From assembly GCF_003334785.1 (NCBI RefSeq), contig NZ_QOWV01000002.1: a stretch of 64,000 nucleotides of DNA; one strand, written 5' to 3'. Position 1 is the first letter of the stretch. Each line of letters starts with the position of its first letter. The position numbers and the translations under genes were made by a program. Below, piece by piece: positions 35,647 through 49,696 of this stretch. Under the pieces are notes generated by a model. It had not been told where the DNA came from. It worked only from the letters and a program-made list of their open reading frames with translations, and made no database searches. This DNA comes from Escherichia coli (GTDB lineage: Bacteria; Pseudomonadota; Gammaproteobacteria; Enterobacterales; Enterobacteriaceae).

Positions 35647-36147
35647 ATGATCAATGCACTGGGATTGCTGGAAGTGGACGGCATGGTCGCCGCGATAGAT
35701 GCAGCGGATGCCATGCTCAAAGCAGCTAACGTTCGTCTGCTCAGTCACGAAGTGCTTGACCCTGGTCGCTTAACGCTGGTGGTGGAAGGCGATCTGGCGG
35801 CGTGTCGTGCGGCGCTGGACGCAGGTTGTGCTGCCGCGATGCGTACCGGGCGTGTCATCAGCCGCAAGGAGATCGGTCGGCCAGACGATGACACCCAGTG
35901 GCTGGTTACTGGCTTTAACCGCCAGCCGAAGCAACCCGTAAGGGAACCCGACGCGCCAGTTATCGTCGCGGAATCTGCTGACGAGTTGTTGGCGCTGTTA
36001 ACATCAGTACGTCAGGGAATGACGGCAGGAGAAGTGGCTGCCCACTTTGGCTGGCCGCTGGAAAAAGCCAGAAATGCGCTCGAACAGCTCTTTTCTGCCG
36101 GGACGTTACGTAAACGCAGTAGTCGTTATCGTCTCAAGCCCCATTAA
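35647..36147 (+). CDS. eutK: BMC shell protein EutK (BMC domain + C-terminal HTH-like domain)
   Basis: ORF 35641..36147 trimmed to MINALGLLEVDGMVAAIDAADAM (166 aa). Confidence 0.9.
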   Translation: MINALGLLEVDGMVAAIDAADAMLKAANVRLLSHEVLDPGRLTLVVEGDLAACRAALDAGCAAAMRTGRVISRKEIGRPDDDTQWLVTGFNRQPKQPVREPDAPVIVAESADELLALLTSVRQGMTAGEVAAHFGWPLEKARNALEQLFSAGTLRKRSSRYRLKPH

Positions 36148-36192
36148 CCTGTCGGAGGTGCCGGGTGTCCTACAACACCCGGCATTAACATC

Positions 36193-37245
36193 ATGAAAAA
36201 GACCCGTACAGCCAATTTGCACCATCTTTATCATGAACCCTTACCCGAAAACCTGAAGCTCACGCCGAAGGTCGAAGTGGATAATGTTCATCAACGACAG
36301 ACAACGGATGTCTATGAACATGCTTTAACGATTACCGCCTGGCAGCAGATTTACGATCAGCTGCATCCGGGCAAGTTTCATGGTGAATTTACGGAAATTC
36401 TACTCGATGATATTCAGGTTTTTCGTGAATACACCGGTCTGGCGCTGCGTCAGTCGTGCCTGGTCTGGCCGAACTCGTTCTGGTTTGGCATTCCGGCGAC
36501 GCGCGGTGAGCAGGGATTTATCGGTTCGCAATGTCTGGGAAGCGCGGAAATCGCCACCCGCCCTGGTGGCACTGAATTTGAACTGAGCACGCCGGATGAT
36601 TACACGATCCTGGGCGTGGTGCTTTCTGAAGATGTCATCACCCGGCAGGCTAACTTTTTGCATAACCCGGATCGGGTATTACATATGTTGCGTAACCAGT
36701 CGGCGCTGGAAGTGAAAGAGCAGCATAAAGCCGCGCTGTGGGGCTTTGTCCAACAGGCGCTGGCGACGTTTTGCGAGAATCCGGAAAATCTCCATCAGCC
36801 TGCAGTGCGAAAAGTGCTGGGGGATAATTTGCTAATGGCGATGGGGGCCATGCTGGAAGAAGCGCAACCAATGGTGACGGCGGAAAGCATCAGTCATCAG
36901 AGTTACCGTCGATTGCTTTCCCGCGCCCGTGAATATGTGCTGGAAAACATGTCCGAACCGGTGACGGTGCTGGATTTGTGTAATCAACTGCATGTCAGCC
37001 GCCGCACGCTACAAAACGCGTTTCACGCTATTTTAGGCATTGGCCCGAACGCGTGGCTGAAACGCATTCGCCTGAACGCCGTACGCCGCGAACTGATAAG
37101 TCCGTGGTCGCAAAGTATGACGGTAAAAGACGCCGCCATGCAGTGGGGATTCTGGCATCTGGGGCAATTTGCCACGGATTACCAGCAGCTGTTTTCCGAG
37201 AAGCCGTCACTGACGCTGCATCAGCGGATGCGGGAGTGGGGGTGA
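36193..37245 (+). CDS. eutR: AraC-family transcriptional activator of the eut operon EutR
   Basis: 350-aa [26 protein letters not shown]; C-terminal AraC-type HTH. Confidence 0.95.
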
Positions 37246-37250
37246 GGGAG

Positions 37251-38153
<903 letters not shown>

Positions 38154-39023
38154 TTATCGCTTTTTCGAATGTGCTTTCTGGTTGTCGAACCAGTGGAAAT
38201 AACTGATCACGCCTTCAGCAATCGCTGTGGCGATTTTCTGACGAAACGCCGCCGTGCCTAACAGCCGTTCTTCTTCCGGGTTGGTGATAAACGAGGTTTC
38301 CACCAGCACCGAAGGAACCGACGGTGATTTCAACACCACAAATGCCGCTTGTTCGGTGTTGCGGCTGTGCAGTTTATGCACCGGCTTAATCTTCTTCAGA
38401 ATATGCGAGCCGAGCGTCAGACTATTTTTAATGGTATCTGTTTGCACCAGATCAAACAGCACTTGTTGCAATAGGTGATCCTTGTCAGTCGCCTTTTTAC
38501 CGGCAACTTCATCGGCGCGGTTTTCGCGTTCAGACAGGTATTTCGCCATTGCGCTACTTGCCCCACGGTTAGAGAGGGCAAATACCGAAGCACCGGCAGC
38601 TTTCGGGTTGGTAAAGCCATCGGCATGAATTGACATAAACAGATCTGCGCCATGTTTATGGGCGATTTCAACGCGATCGTAAAGTGGGATAAACGTATCG
38701 CCAGAACGCGTTAAACGCGCATCAATCCCATGATTACGCAAAATGGAACGGACGTTTTTAGCAATCGCCAGCACCACATGTTTTTCTTTCGAACCGTTGC
38801 GTCCGATCGCTCCGGTATCAATTCCGCCGTGACCTGGATCGAGAACAACGACACGTTTGCCGCCAGATTTTTTGGCTTTCGGCTTGCTGTGTCCGTTGCT
38901 GGTTTTTAAAAGTTCGTCTTTGGCGATGGCTTGCGACATTCCTGACAACGTCAGGGCAGCCAAACCGGCTTTCAGCACCTGGCGGCGCGAAGTGAGTGTT
39001 TTTAGTGGTTTAAAAGTGCTCAT
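38154..39023 (-). CDS. amiA: N-acetylmuramoyl-L-alanine amidase AmiA (Tat-exported)
   Basis: 289-aa ORF with twin-arginine signal MSTFKPLKTLTSRRQVLKAGLAALTL. Confidence 0.95.
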   Translation of the reverse strand: MSTFKPLKTLTSRRQVLKAGLAALTLSGMSQAIAKDELLKTSNGHSKPKAKKSGGKRVVVLDPGHGGIDTGAIGRNGSKEKHVVLAIAKNVRSILRNHGIDARLTRSGDTFIPLYDRVEIAHKHGADLFMSIHADGFTNPKAAGASVFALSNRGASSAMAKYLSERENRADEVAGKKATDKDHLLQQVLFDLVQTDTIKNSLTLGSHILKKIKPVHKLHSRNTEQAAFVVLKSPSVPSVLVETSFITNPEEERLLGTAAFRQKIATAIAEGVISYFHWFDNQKAHSKKR

Positions 39024-39236
39024 ACGGCCTGAGTTGTAATAATAAAGTTCCAGATGTTATATCGTATCGCGTAATCCGTTACGACGGTTTGCTGTTGAGA
39101 ATTGTTTTACTTTTCATTTCAATAGTTGACAACTCCCCATTATGCCACTTTTTCAACCGATTTTCGTCAGATATTGGCTAATTCGACCGTTCACGCCATA
39201 ATCAGCCTTTTAACCCGCAAAAAGGTAACGAATACC

Positions 39237-39662
39237 ATGGAGATACGCGTATTTCGCCAGGAAGATTTCGAAGAGGTCATCACCCTTTGGGAGCGTTGCG
39301 ACTTGCTGCGTCCGTGGAACGATCCGGAAATGGACATCGAGCGTAAGATGAACCATGACGTCAGTTTGTTTTTGGTCGCTGAGGTAAACGGTGACGTGGT
39401 CGGAACGGTGATGGGCGGTTATGACGGGCATCGCGGGTCTGCTTATTATCTTGGCGTGCATCCAGAGTTTCGTGGGCGTGGGATTGCCAATGCGTTGCTT
39501 AATCGGCTGGAGAAAAAGCTGATTGCTCGTGGCTGCCCGAAAATTCAGATCAATGTGCCGGAAGATAACGACATGGTGCTCGGAATGTATGAACGCCTGG
39601 GATATGAACACGCCGACGTGCTGAGTCTGGGTAAGCGTTTGATTGAAGATGAAGAGTACTGA
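39237..39662 (+). CDS. ypeA: GNAT-family N-acetyltransferase YpeA
   Basis: ORF 39126..39662 trimmed to [21 protein letters not shown] (141 aa); GNAT motif [10 protein letters not shown]. Confidence 0.85.
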   Translation: MEIRVFRQEDFEEVITLWERCDLLRPWNDPEMDIERKMNHDVSLFLVAEVNGDVVGTVMGGYDGHRGSAYYLGVHPEFRGRGIANALLNRLEKKLIARGCPKIQINVPEDNDMVLGMYERLGYEHADVLSLGKRLIEDEEY

Positions 39663-40098
39663 GTTTCATCCTGTCCATTATGATGCGCACGGTCGCCTGC
39701 GTTTACCCTTGCTCTTCTGGCTTGTGCTATTGCTTCAGGCGCGAACCTGGGTGCTGTTTGTCATTGCCGGTGCGTCGCGCGAGCAGGGTACTGCGCTGCT
39801 AAATCTGTTTTATCCCGATCACGATAATTTCTGGCTGGGGCTGATTCCTGGCATTCCGGCGGTGCTGGCGTTTTTGTTGAGCGGTCGGCGGGCTACGTTT
39901 CCTCGCACCTGGCGTGTACTCTATTTTCTGTTGCTGTTGGCGCAGGTGGTTTTACTTTGCTGGCAACCGTGGCTGTGGCTGAACGGTGAATCCGTTAGCG
40001 GTATCGGTCTGGCGCTGGTAGTGGCGGATATTGTGGCGTTAATCTGGCTGCTGACCAATCGACGTTTACGCGCTTGTTTTAATGAAGTAAAAGAATAA
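39649..40098 (+). CDS. yfeZ: inner membrane protein YfeZ
   Basis: ATG at 39649 (ORF track starts TTG 39643); [17 protein letters not shown], 149 aa, hydrophobic; overlaps ypeA 3' end. Confidence 0.85.
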   Translation: MKSTEFHPVHYDAHGRLRLPLLFWLVLLLQARTWVLFVIAGASREQGTALLNLFYPDHDNFWLGLIPGIPAVLAFLLSGRRATFPRTWRVLYFLLLLAQVVLLCWQPWLWLNGESVSGIGLALVVADIVALIWLLTNRRLRACFNEVKE

Positions 40099-40158
40099 CG
40101 GCACTTTTTGGTGAATTTGCACTCCAAGCAACGTTATTGAATAACCAAAGGAAGTGAC

Positions 40159-40734
40159 ATGAAATCGCTGCGTTTAATGTTATGCGCTATGCCATTGATG
40201 CTGACCGGCTGTTCCACGATGTCGTCAGTTAACTGGTCTGCCGCTAACCCGTGGAACTGGTTTGGGTCGTCCACCAAAGTGAGCGAGCAGGGCGTGGGTG
40301 AATTAACGGCGTCCACACCACTGCAAGAACAAGCCATTGCCGATGCGCTTGATGGCGATTATCGCCTGCGCAGCGGAATGAAAACCGCGAACGGCAACGT
40401 GGTGCGCTTTTTTGAAGTGATGAAGGGCGACAACGTGGCGATGGTGATTAACGGCGATCAAGGCACGATCAGTCGCATTGACGTGCTGGATAGCGATATT
40501 CCTGCTGACACCGGTGTTAAAATCGGTACACCGTTTAGCGACCTTTACAGCAAAGCATTTGGCAATTGCCAAAAAGCTGATGGTGATGATAATCGTGCCG
40601 TCGAATGTAAAGCCGAAGGCAGTCAACATATTAGCTACCAGTTCAGCGGGGAATGGCGTGGTCCTGAAGGGTTAATGCCTTCGGACGATACCCTGAAAAA
40701 CTGGAAAGTCAGTAAAATTATCTGGCGGCGTTAA
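40159..40734 (+). CDS. yfeY: lipoprotein YfeY (DUF1131)
   Basis: 191-aa ORF with lipobox MKSLRLMLCAMPLMLTGCS. Confidence 0.85.
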   Translation: MKSLRLMLCAMPLMLTGCSTMSSVNWSAANPWNWFGSSTKVSEQGVGELTASTPLQEQAIADALDGDYRLRSGMKTANGNVVRFFEVMKGDNVAMVINGDQGTISRIDVLDSDIPADTGVKIGTPFSDLYSKAFGNCQKADGDDNRAVECKAEGSQHISYQFSGEWRGPEGLMPSDDTLKNWKVSKIIWRR

Positions 40735-40745
40735 TTTGCGTCTGA

Positions 40746-41729
<984 letters not shown>

Positions 41730-41752
41730 GCGTTTCTGATTCATTGATTAAA

Positions 41753-41780
41753 GGCCAGGCAGTAACATTACTGACTGGCC
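41753..41780 (+). repeat. 28-bp hairpin, copy 1 of a direct repeat flanking the yfeX-downstream BIME
   Basis: ggccaggcagtaacattactgactggcc; second copy at 41935..41962 differs at 2 positions. Confidence 0.8.
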
Positions 41781-41811
41781 TCAGATTGTTGACCAAGTGC
41801 GCGTTGTACAC

Positions 41812-41925
41812 GCCGGATGCGGCGTGAACGCCTTATCCGGCCTACGAAATCGTGCTAATTCAATATATTGTGGGCTCCACGTAGGCCTGATAAGCGTAGC
41901 GCATCAGGCAGTTTTGCGTTTGTCA
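41812..41925. repeat. BIME (REP - 24-bp spacer - inverted REP) downstream of yfeX
   Basis: gccggatgcggcgtgaacgccttatccggcctacg aaatcgtgctaattcaatatattg ... gtaggcctgataagcgtagcgcatcaggca; ~90% identical to the reverse complement of 52735..52840. Confidence 0.85.
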
Positions 41926-41934
41926 GCACTCTCA

Positions 41935-41967
41935 GACCAGCCAGTAACATTACTGACTGGCCTTTTT
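41935..41967 (+). terminator. hairpin (copy 2 of the 28-bp repeat) followed by TTTTT; likely intrinsic terminator of yfeX
   Basis: gaccagccagtaacattactgactggcc + ttttt. Confidence 0.6.
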
Positions 41968-41968
41968 A

Positions 41969-43273
41969 TTACTTCTGCTTTAACGCCGCATACACCTGAT
42001 CAACTACCCAACCATAAGTTGCAATCGGCAACTGACCGCTTTCGAACATATTGGGATTCTTTTGCGGATCGGCAACCGGCGAATGTGGCTTGTTGCTTAA
42101 CATCACAATCGTCATATGATTCACCGGATCGATAACGGTCACCGTTCCGGTCCAGCCAGTGTGACCGTAGGTTTGCGGGCTTGCCAGCGTGCCAAACGTC
42201 GGCGTCATGGTGGCATTACCATTCACGCGCCAGCCGAGGCCAAAAGTGGCATCTTCCTTAGAGCTGGTGGTGAACATCTTCACCGTTTCCGCATTGAACA
42301 GCTGCACATCACCATAGCCCCCGCCGTTCAGCATCGTTTGCATTAACACCGCAATATCGCCGGTATTGGAAAACAAACCTGCGTGCCCGGAAACGCCGCC
42401 CATCGAATAAAAGGCTTTTTCATCGTGCACCTGACCCCAGAGAGTGGAGGTGCGGATATTCGGGAAATGGATCACGCCATCGCGGGTATTGCCGTTCAAT
42501 TCCGTGGCGGCAATTTGTTGCGGTTTAAAGCCTTTCAGCAGCGGGTTAAATACCGTATGTGTCAGGCCGAGCGGGCGATAAATCGACTCTTCAACATAGC
42601 GGTCAAGCGGCTGACCGGTAACCGACTCGACGATAAATCCAAGCAGCATATAATCGACATCGCTGTAGATATGTTTGCTGCCGGGCTGATATTCCAGCGG
42701 CGTGCGCTTGATCATCTCCAGCGTCTGGCCTTTATCCTGGGAATATAACGCGCCCGCGACCGCTTTATTCGGGTATTGCGGATCTGCCGGGAAACCGCCG
42801 CTGTGATGCAGCAGGTCAGAAATCCGCAGGGTGTTTTTGCCTTTAATGGTGTCATTTGGACTATCGGCAAACCCCGGAATATATTTCGCAATCCGATCGT
42901 CAGGATGCAGTTTGCCTTCGCTCATCAGCTTTTGCAGGGCGAAGTTCGTGGCGTACATTTTGGTGTTTGAGGCCAGGTCATACAGCGTCCCGGTGGTGGC
43001 TTTGACAGGCTGTTCCATCAACACGCTGCCATCGTACTTTTTCGCCGCTCCCCAGGCTTTGCGATACACAATCTGATTATCTTTAATGATCAGCAGGTTT
43101 ACGCTGGGATAACCGACATCAACTTGCTGGCTAATCCAGCGATCCATCTGGTTAAGCCGTTCGACGTTAAACCCTGCTTTCTCTGGCGAGCTTTCTGTCA
43201 GAACAGGGTATTTTGCGGCGCTGACGCTACAACTAACAGCCAGCAGAGAAAGATAGAGCATTGTCCGTTTCAT
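41969..43273 (-). CDS. yfeW: penicillin-binding protein 4B-like serine hydrolase (class C beta-lactamase fold) YfeW
   Basis: ORF 41969..43360 trimmed to signal-peptide start MKRTMLYLSLLAVSCSVSAA (434 aa); start lies 4 nt after murP stop; exact start uncertain. Confidence 0.8.
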   Translation of the reverse strand: MKRTMLYLSLLAVSCSVSAAKYPVLTESSPEKAGFNVERLNQMDRWISQQVDVGYPSVNLLIIKDNQIVYRKAWGAAKKYDGSVLMEQPVKATTGTLYDLASNTKMYATNFALQKLMSEGKLHPDDRIAKYIPGFADSPNDTIKGKNTLRISDLLHHSGGFPADPQYPNKAVAGALYSQDKGQTLEMIKRTPLEYQPGSKHIYSDVDYMLLGFIVESVTGQPLDRYVEESIYRPLGLTHTVFNPLLKGFKPQQIAATELNGNTRDGVIHFPNIRTSTLWGQVHDEKAFYSMGGVSGHAGLFSNTGDIAVLMQTMLNGGGYGDVQLFNAETVKMFTTSSKEDATFGLGWRVNGNATMTPTFGTLASPQTYGHTGWTGTVTVIDPVNHMTIVMLSNKPHSPVADPQKNPNMFESGQLPIATYGWVVDQVYAALKQK

Positions 43274-43277
43274 GATA

Positions 43278-44702
<1,425 letters not shown>

Positions 44703-44705
44703 GGG

Positions 44706-45602
44706 TTATTCCTTGTCTAAAACCTGACGAATAAAGCCGCCGTGTTGATCCAGGCGTTTTTTAGCTTCTGCGGCATCGAGATTTTTCAGCACCATCACAA
44801 TGGCCGTTTTACAGTTGCGCTCGCAAGCAATTAACGCCGCTTCCGCTTGCTCTGCGCTACATCCGGTGGCGTTTTTAACAATATTGACCTGTCGCACATG
44901 CAGTTTTTCGTTGGTGGCGACCACATCGACCATCAGGTTGCCGAACACTTTGCCGGATTTAATCATCAGCCCGGTGGAAAGCATATTGAGCACCAGTTTC
45001 TGCGCTGTACCTGCTTTCATCCGCGAAGAACCGGTAACAACTTCGGCACCTACAATCGGTGTAATGGCAAACTCAGCGGTGGTTGAAACGGCGCTCCCCG
45101 GATTACAGGAAATTCCCACTGTGCGGCAGCCGAGCTGGCGTGCGTATTCCAGTCCGGCAATCACATACGGCGTGCGACCGCTGGCAGCAATGCCAACCAC
45201 CACATCCTGTGCCGTTAAATTAATATTTTTCAGATCATTAACACCGCCTTCCCGGCTATCTTCCGCGCCTTCCACCGCGTGCTGAATGGCATATTCGCCG
45301 CCAGCAATCAAACCAACCACCAGACCCGGTTTCACGCCGTAGGTGGGCGGACATTCGCTGGCATCCAGAATCCCCAGACGACCGGATGTTCCCGCACCGA
45401 GGTAAATCAGACGCCCGCCGCCGCTTACCTGGGCGTGGATAACATCGATCGCCGCGGCGATATCCGGCAGTACGCGCTCAACGGCAAGCGGTACGGTTTT
45501 ATCTTCATCGTTGATAATCCGGCACATTTCCAGCGTCGATACGCGGTCAATTTCAGCCGAGGCGGTGTTCGAGCCTTCAGTAATCATCTTTTCAAATTGC
45601 AT
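44706..45602 (-). CDS. murQ: N-acetylmuramic acid 6-phosphate etherase
   Basis: 298-aa [29 protein letters not shown]; SIS domain. Confidence 0.95.
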
Positions 45603-45765
45603 CGGTGGTGACCTTACTATTTACGATCAAATAATTGCAGATGTATGGAATCATATATCCCGAATTGACAGGCTTAAAGGAATCATTGAGTCTACACTCG
45701 CAGAGTGTGAAGAGCGTCATAAGAACTTAAGCGGAATTTATGCTGCCAGCCCAGGAGAGTGGAAG
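45603..45765. promoter_or_regulatory. divergent murQP / murR promoter-operator region
   Basis: 163-bp gap between divergently oriented murQ and murR; MurR (RpiR family) is known to act here; sites not resolved. Confidence 0.5.
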
Positions 45766-46623
45766 ATGTTGTACCTGACGAAAATAAGCAATGCGGGGAG
45801 TGAATTCACCGAAAACGAGCAAAAAATCGCTGACTTTCTGCAGGCCAACGTGAGTGAGCTGCAATCCGTTTCTTCACGGCAGATGGCGAAACAGCTCGGC
45901 ATTAGCCAGTCGAGCATAGTGAAATTTGCCCAAAAACTCGGCGCGCAAGGATTTACTGAATTGCGTATGGCGTTAATAGGCGAATACAGTGCCAGCCGGG
46001 AGAAAACGAATGCCACGGCACTGCACCTGCACAGTTCGATTACCAGTGATGATTCGCTGGAAGTGATCGCGCGCAAACTGAATCGCGAAAAAGAGCTGGC
46101 GCTGGAGCAAACCTGCGCGTTGCTCGATTACGCGCGGCTGCAAAAAATCATTGAGGTCATCAGTAAAGCACCGTTTATCCAGATAACGGGCCTGGGCGGA
46201 TCGGCGCTGGTGGGGCGCGATCTGTCGTTCAAACTGATGAAAATTGGCTATCGCGTGGCCTGCGAAGCCGACACGCACGTACAAGCCACCGTTTCCCAGG
46301 CGTTGAAAAAAGGCGATGTACAAATCGCTATCTCTTACAGCGGCAGTAAAAAAGAGATTGTCTTGTGCGCAGAAGCGGCACGAAAGCAGGGGGCAACGGT
46401 GATTGCCATTACTTCTCTGACTGACTCTCCGCTGCGGCGGCTGGCGCATTTCACCCTCGATACCGTTTCCGGAGAAACCGAATGGCGTAGCTCGTCGATG
46501 TCTACCCGCACGGCGCAAAATTCTGTTACCGATTTACTGTTTGTTGGCCTTGTGCAACTCAATGATGTGGAGTCATTGAAAATGATTCAGCGCAGCAGTG
46601 AGCTAACACAACGCCTGAAATGA
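45766..46623 (+). CDS. murR: RpiR-family transcriptional repressor MurR
   Basis: ORF 45511..46623 trimmed to [25 protein letters not shown] (285 aa); HTH + SIS domain; divergent from murQ. Confidence 0.9.
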   Translation: MLYLTKISNAGSEFTENEQKIADFLQANVSELQSVSSRQMAKQLGISQSSIVKFAQKLGAQGFTELRMALIGEYSASREKTNATALHLHSSITSDDSLEVIARKLNREKELALEQTCALLDYARLQKIIEVISKAPFIQITGLGGSALVGRDLSFKLMKIGYRVACEADTHVQATVSQALKKGDVQIAISYSGSKKEIVLCAEAARKQGATVIAITSLTDSPLRRLAHFTLDTVSGETEWRSSSMSTRTAQNSVTDLLFVGLVQLNDVESLKMIQRSSELTQRLK

Positions 46624-46751
46624 TGCATAAAGCAGCGACTGGATTGAGATTTTCCTGAATTAGTGAGCTGATCCGCAGCAATATTTTGTTTATCCTGTAT
46701 TTTCAGAGGGAATGGAGTGTAACGCTCTGTATTAACAAGGAGAGCATTAAA

Positions 46752-47543
46752 ATGGGTAAACTCACGGGCAAGACAGCACTGATTACGGGCGCATTGCAGG
46801 GAATTGGCGAAGGAATTGCCAGAACTTTTGCACGTCATGGCGCGAACCTAATCTTGCTGGATATCTCCCCTGAGATCGAAAAGCTGGCGGACGAACTGTG
46901 TGGTCGTGGTCATCGCTGTACGGCGGTTGTCGCCGATGTGCGTGACCCGGCGTCGGTAGCCGCAGCTATCAAACGCGCGAAGGAAAAAGAAGGGCGCATT
47001 GATATCCTGGTGAATAACGCAGGCGTTTGTCGTCTGGGCAGTTTCCTCGATATGAGCGATGACGATCGCGATTTCCATATTGACATCAATATTAAAGGCG
47101 TATGGAACGTCACGAAGGCGGTGCTGCCGGAGATGATTGCCCGCAAAGATGGTCGCATTGTGATGATGTCTTCAGTCACTGGTGATATGGTGGCCGATCC
47201 TGGCGAAACGGCGTACGCCTTAACGAAAGCGGCGATTGTTGGCCTGACAAAATCGCTGGCGGTGGAGTACGCGCAGTCTGGTATTCGCGTTAACGCCATT
47301 TGCCCGGGATACGTGCGCACACCAATGGCGGAAAGCATTGCCCGCCAGTCGAACCCGGAAGATCCAGAGTCGGTGCTGACTGAAATGGCGAAAGCAATCC
47401 CGATGCGTCGCCTCGCCGATCCGCTGGAAGTCGGCGAACTGGCGGCCTTCCTCGCATCGGATGAATCCAGCTATTTAACTGGTACACAGAATGTGATTGA
47501 TGGCGGCAGCACACTGCCGGAGACGGTTAGCGTCGGTATCTGA
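46752..47543 (+). CDS. ucpA: short-chain dehydrogenase/reductase UcpA
   Basis: ORF 46686..47543 trimmed to MGKLTGKTALITGALQGIGEGIA (263 aa); Rossmann TGxxxGIG motif. Confidence 0.9.
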   Translation: MGKLTGKTALITGALQGIGEGIARTFARHGANLILLDISPEIEKLADELCGRGHRCTAVVADVRDPASVAAAIKRAKEKEGRIDILVNNAGVCRLGSFLDMSDDDRDFHIDINIKGVWNVTKAVLPEMIARKDGRIVMMSSVTGDMVADPGETAYALTKAAIVGLTKSLAVEYAQSGIRVNAICPGYVRTPMAESIARQSNPEDPESVLTEMAKAIPMRRLADPLEVGELAAFLASDESSYLTGTQNVIDGGSTLPETVSVGI

Positions 47544-47554
47544 TTCACCTCTGT

Positions 47555-47585
47555 TTCCTCCCTGCATTTGTGGGGAGGATTTCGT
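47555..47585 (+). terminator. possible weak terminator downstream of ucpA
   Basis: cctccc-tgcatttgtg-gggagg then atttcgtctt (poor U-tract). Confidence 0.35.
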
Positions 47586-47846
47586 CTTGAACTAAGTTCA
47601 CCAGGCTATTTTATTTGTCATTTTGGCCCCGGGCAGTGCTCGAAATCCTCACGTACTATGTGTACGCTCCGGTTTCTCCGCGCTGTTCGTGTCCAAACTG
47701 ACTGCAACAATTACGCCTGTTGAACCAAGTTCTTATTCCCTTTTCAACTTCCAAATCACCAAACGGTATATAAAACCGTTACTCCTTTCACGTCCGTTAT
47801 AAATATGATGGCTATTAGAAAGTCATTAAATTTATAAGGGTGCGCA
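47586..47846 (+). promoter_or_regulatory. cysP promoter region (CysB-dependent in K-12)
   Basis: 260-bp AT-rich non-coding region upstream of cysPUWAM; sites not resolved. Confidence 0.45.
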
Positions 47847-48863
47847 ATGGCCGTTAACTTACTGAAAAAGAACTCACTCGCGCTGGTCGCTTCTCTGCTG
47901 CTGGCGGGCCATGTACAGGCAACGGAACTGCTGAACAGTTCTTATGACGTCTCCCGCGAGCTGTTTGCCGCCCTGAATCCGCCGTTTGAGCAACAATGGG
48001 CAAAAGATAACGGCGGCGACAAACTGACGATAAAACAATCTCATGCCGGGTCATCAAAACAGGCGCTGGCGATTTTACAGGGCTTAAAAGCCGACGTTGT
48101 CACTTATAACCAGGTGACCGACGTACAAATCCTGCACGATAAAGGCAAGCTGATCCCGGCCGACTGGCAGTCGCGCCTGCCGAATAATAGCTCGCCGTTC
48201 TACTCCACCATGGGCTTCCTGGTGCGTAAGGGTAACCCGAAGAATATCCACGATTGGAACGACCTGGTGCGCTCCGACGTGAAGCTGATTTTCCCGAACC
48301 CGAAAACGTCGGGTAACGCGCGTTATACCTATCTGGCGGCATGGGGCGCAGCGGATAAAGCTGACGGTGGTGACAAAGGCAAAACCGAACAGTTTATGAC
48401 CCAGTTCCTGAAAAACGTTGAAGTGTTCGATACTGGCGGTCGTGGCGCGACCACCACTTTTGCCGAGCGCGGCCTGGGCGATGTGCTGATTAGCTTCGAA
48501 TCGGAAGTGAACAACATCCGTAAACAGTATGAAGCGCAGGGCTTTGAAGTGGTGATTCCGAAAACCAACATTCTGGCGGAATTCCCGGTGGCGTGGGTTG
48601 ATAAAAACGTGCAGGCCAACGGTACGGAAAAAGCCGCCAAAGCCTATCTGAACTGGCTCTATAGCCCGCAGGCGCAAACCATCATCACCGACTATTACTA
48701 CCGCGTGAATAACCCGGAGGTGATGGACAAACTGAAAGACAAATTCCCGCAGACCGAGCTGTTCCGCGTGGAAGACAAATTTGGCTCCTGGCCGGAAGTG
48801 ATGAAAACCCACTTCACCAGCGGCGGCGAGTTAGACAAGCTGTTAGCGGCGGGGCGTAACTGA
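47847..48863 (+). CDS. cysP: thiosulfate/sulfate ABC transporter periplasmic binding protein
   Basis: 338-aa ORF with signal peptide [25 protein letters not shown]. Confidence 0.95.
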
Positions 48864-49696
48864 TGTTTGCTGTCTCCTCCAGACGCGTGCTGCCGGGCTT
48901 TACCTTAAGCCTCGGCACCAGTCTGCTGTTTGTGTGCCTGATTTTGCTGCTGCCGCTCTCCGCGCTGGTGATGCAACTGGCCCAGATGAGCTGGGCGCAG
49001 TACTGGGAGGTGATCACCAACCCGCAGGTGGTCGCGGCCTACAAAGTAACGCTGCTGTCGGCGTTTGTGGCATCGATTTTTAACGGCGTTTTCGGTCTGC
49101 TGATGGCGTGGATCCTAACCCGCTATCGCTTCCCAGGCCGCACGCTGCTTGATGCGCTGATGGATTTACCCTTTGCGCTGCCAACGGCTGTCGCCGGTTT
49201 AACGCTGGCCTCGCTCTTTTCCGTAAACGGTTTTTACGGTGAATGGCTGGCGAAGTTTGATATCAAAGTCACCTATACATGGCTGGGGATTGCGGTGGCT
49301 ATGGCCTTTACCAGCATTCCGTTTGTGGTGCGTACCGTGCAGCCGGTGCTGGAAGAGTTAGGCCCGGAATATGAAGAAGCGGCGGAAACGCTTGGTGCAA
49401 CGCGCTGGCAGAGTTTCTGCAAAGTGGTGCTGCCGGAGCTTTCTCCGGCGCTGGTGGCGGGCGTGGCGCTGTCGTTTACCCGTAGTCTTGGTGAATTTGG
49501 CGCGGTGATTTTTATCGCCGGAAATATCGCGTGGAAGACGGAAGTGACGTCGCTGATGATTTTTGTGCGCTTACAGGAGTTTGATTACCCGGCAGCGAGC
49601 GCGATTGCTTCGGTGATCCTCGCGGCATCTCTGCTGCTGCTGTTCTCAATTAACACTCTGCAAAGTCGCTTTGGTCGGCGTGTGGTAGGTCATTAA
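48863..49696 (+). CDS. cysU: sulfate/thiosulfate ABC transporter permease CysU (CysT)
   Basis: 277-aa [24 protein letters not shown]; start overlaps cysP stop (TGATG). Confidence 0.95.
   Translation: MFAVSSRRVLPGFTLSLGTSLLFVCLILLLPLSALVMQLAQMSWAQYWEVITNPQVVAAYKVTLLSAFVASIFNGVFGLLMAWILTRYRFPGRTLLDALMDLPFALPTAVAGLTLASLFSVNGFYGEWLAKFDIKVTYTWLGIAVAMAFTSIPFVVRTVQPVLEELGPEYEEAAETLGATRWQSFCKVVLPELSPALVAGVALSFTRSLGEFGAVIFIAGNIAWKTEVTSLMIFVRLQEFDYPAASAIASVILAASLLLLFSINTLQSRFGRRVVGH

Noticed and set aside
41797-42135. 112-aa ORF starting in the BIME downstream of yfeX (similar peptide from ORF 52700..52882)
   Set aside because: Reading frame runs through REP repeats and into antisense yfeW; the shared peptide reflects the shared repeat, not a gene.
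45511-45765. N-terminal extension of murR in the ORF track (370 aa)
   Set aside because: The extension overlaps the murQ coding region and divergent promoter; the conserved MurR starts at [11 protein letters not shown] (45766).
48084-48812. 242-aa ORF on the minus strand inside cysP
   Set aside because: Antisense shadow of cysP.
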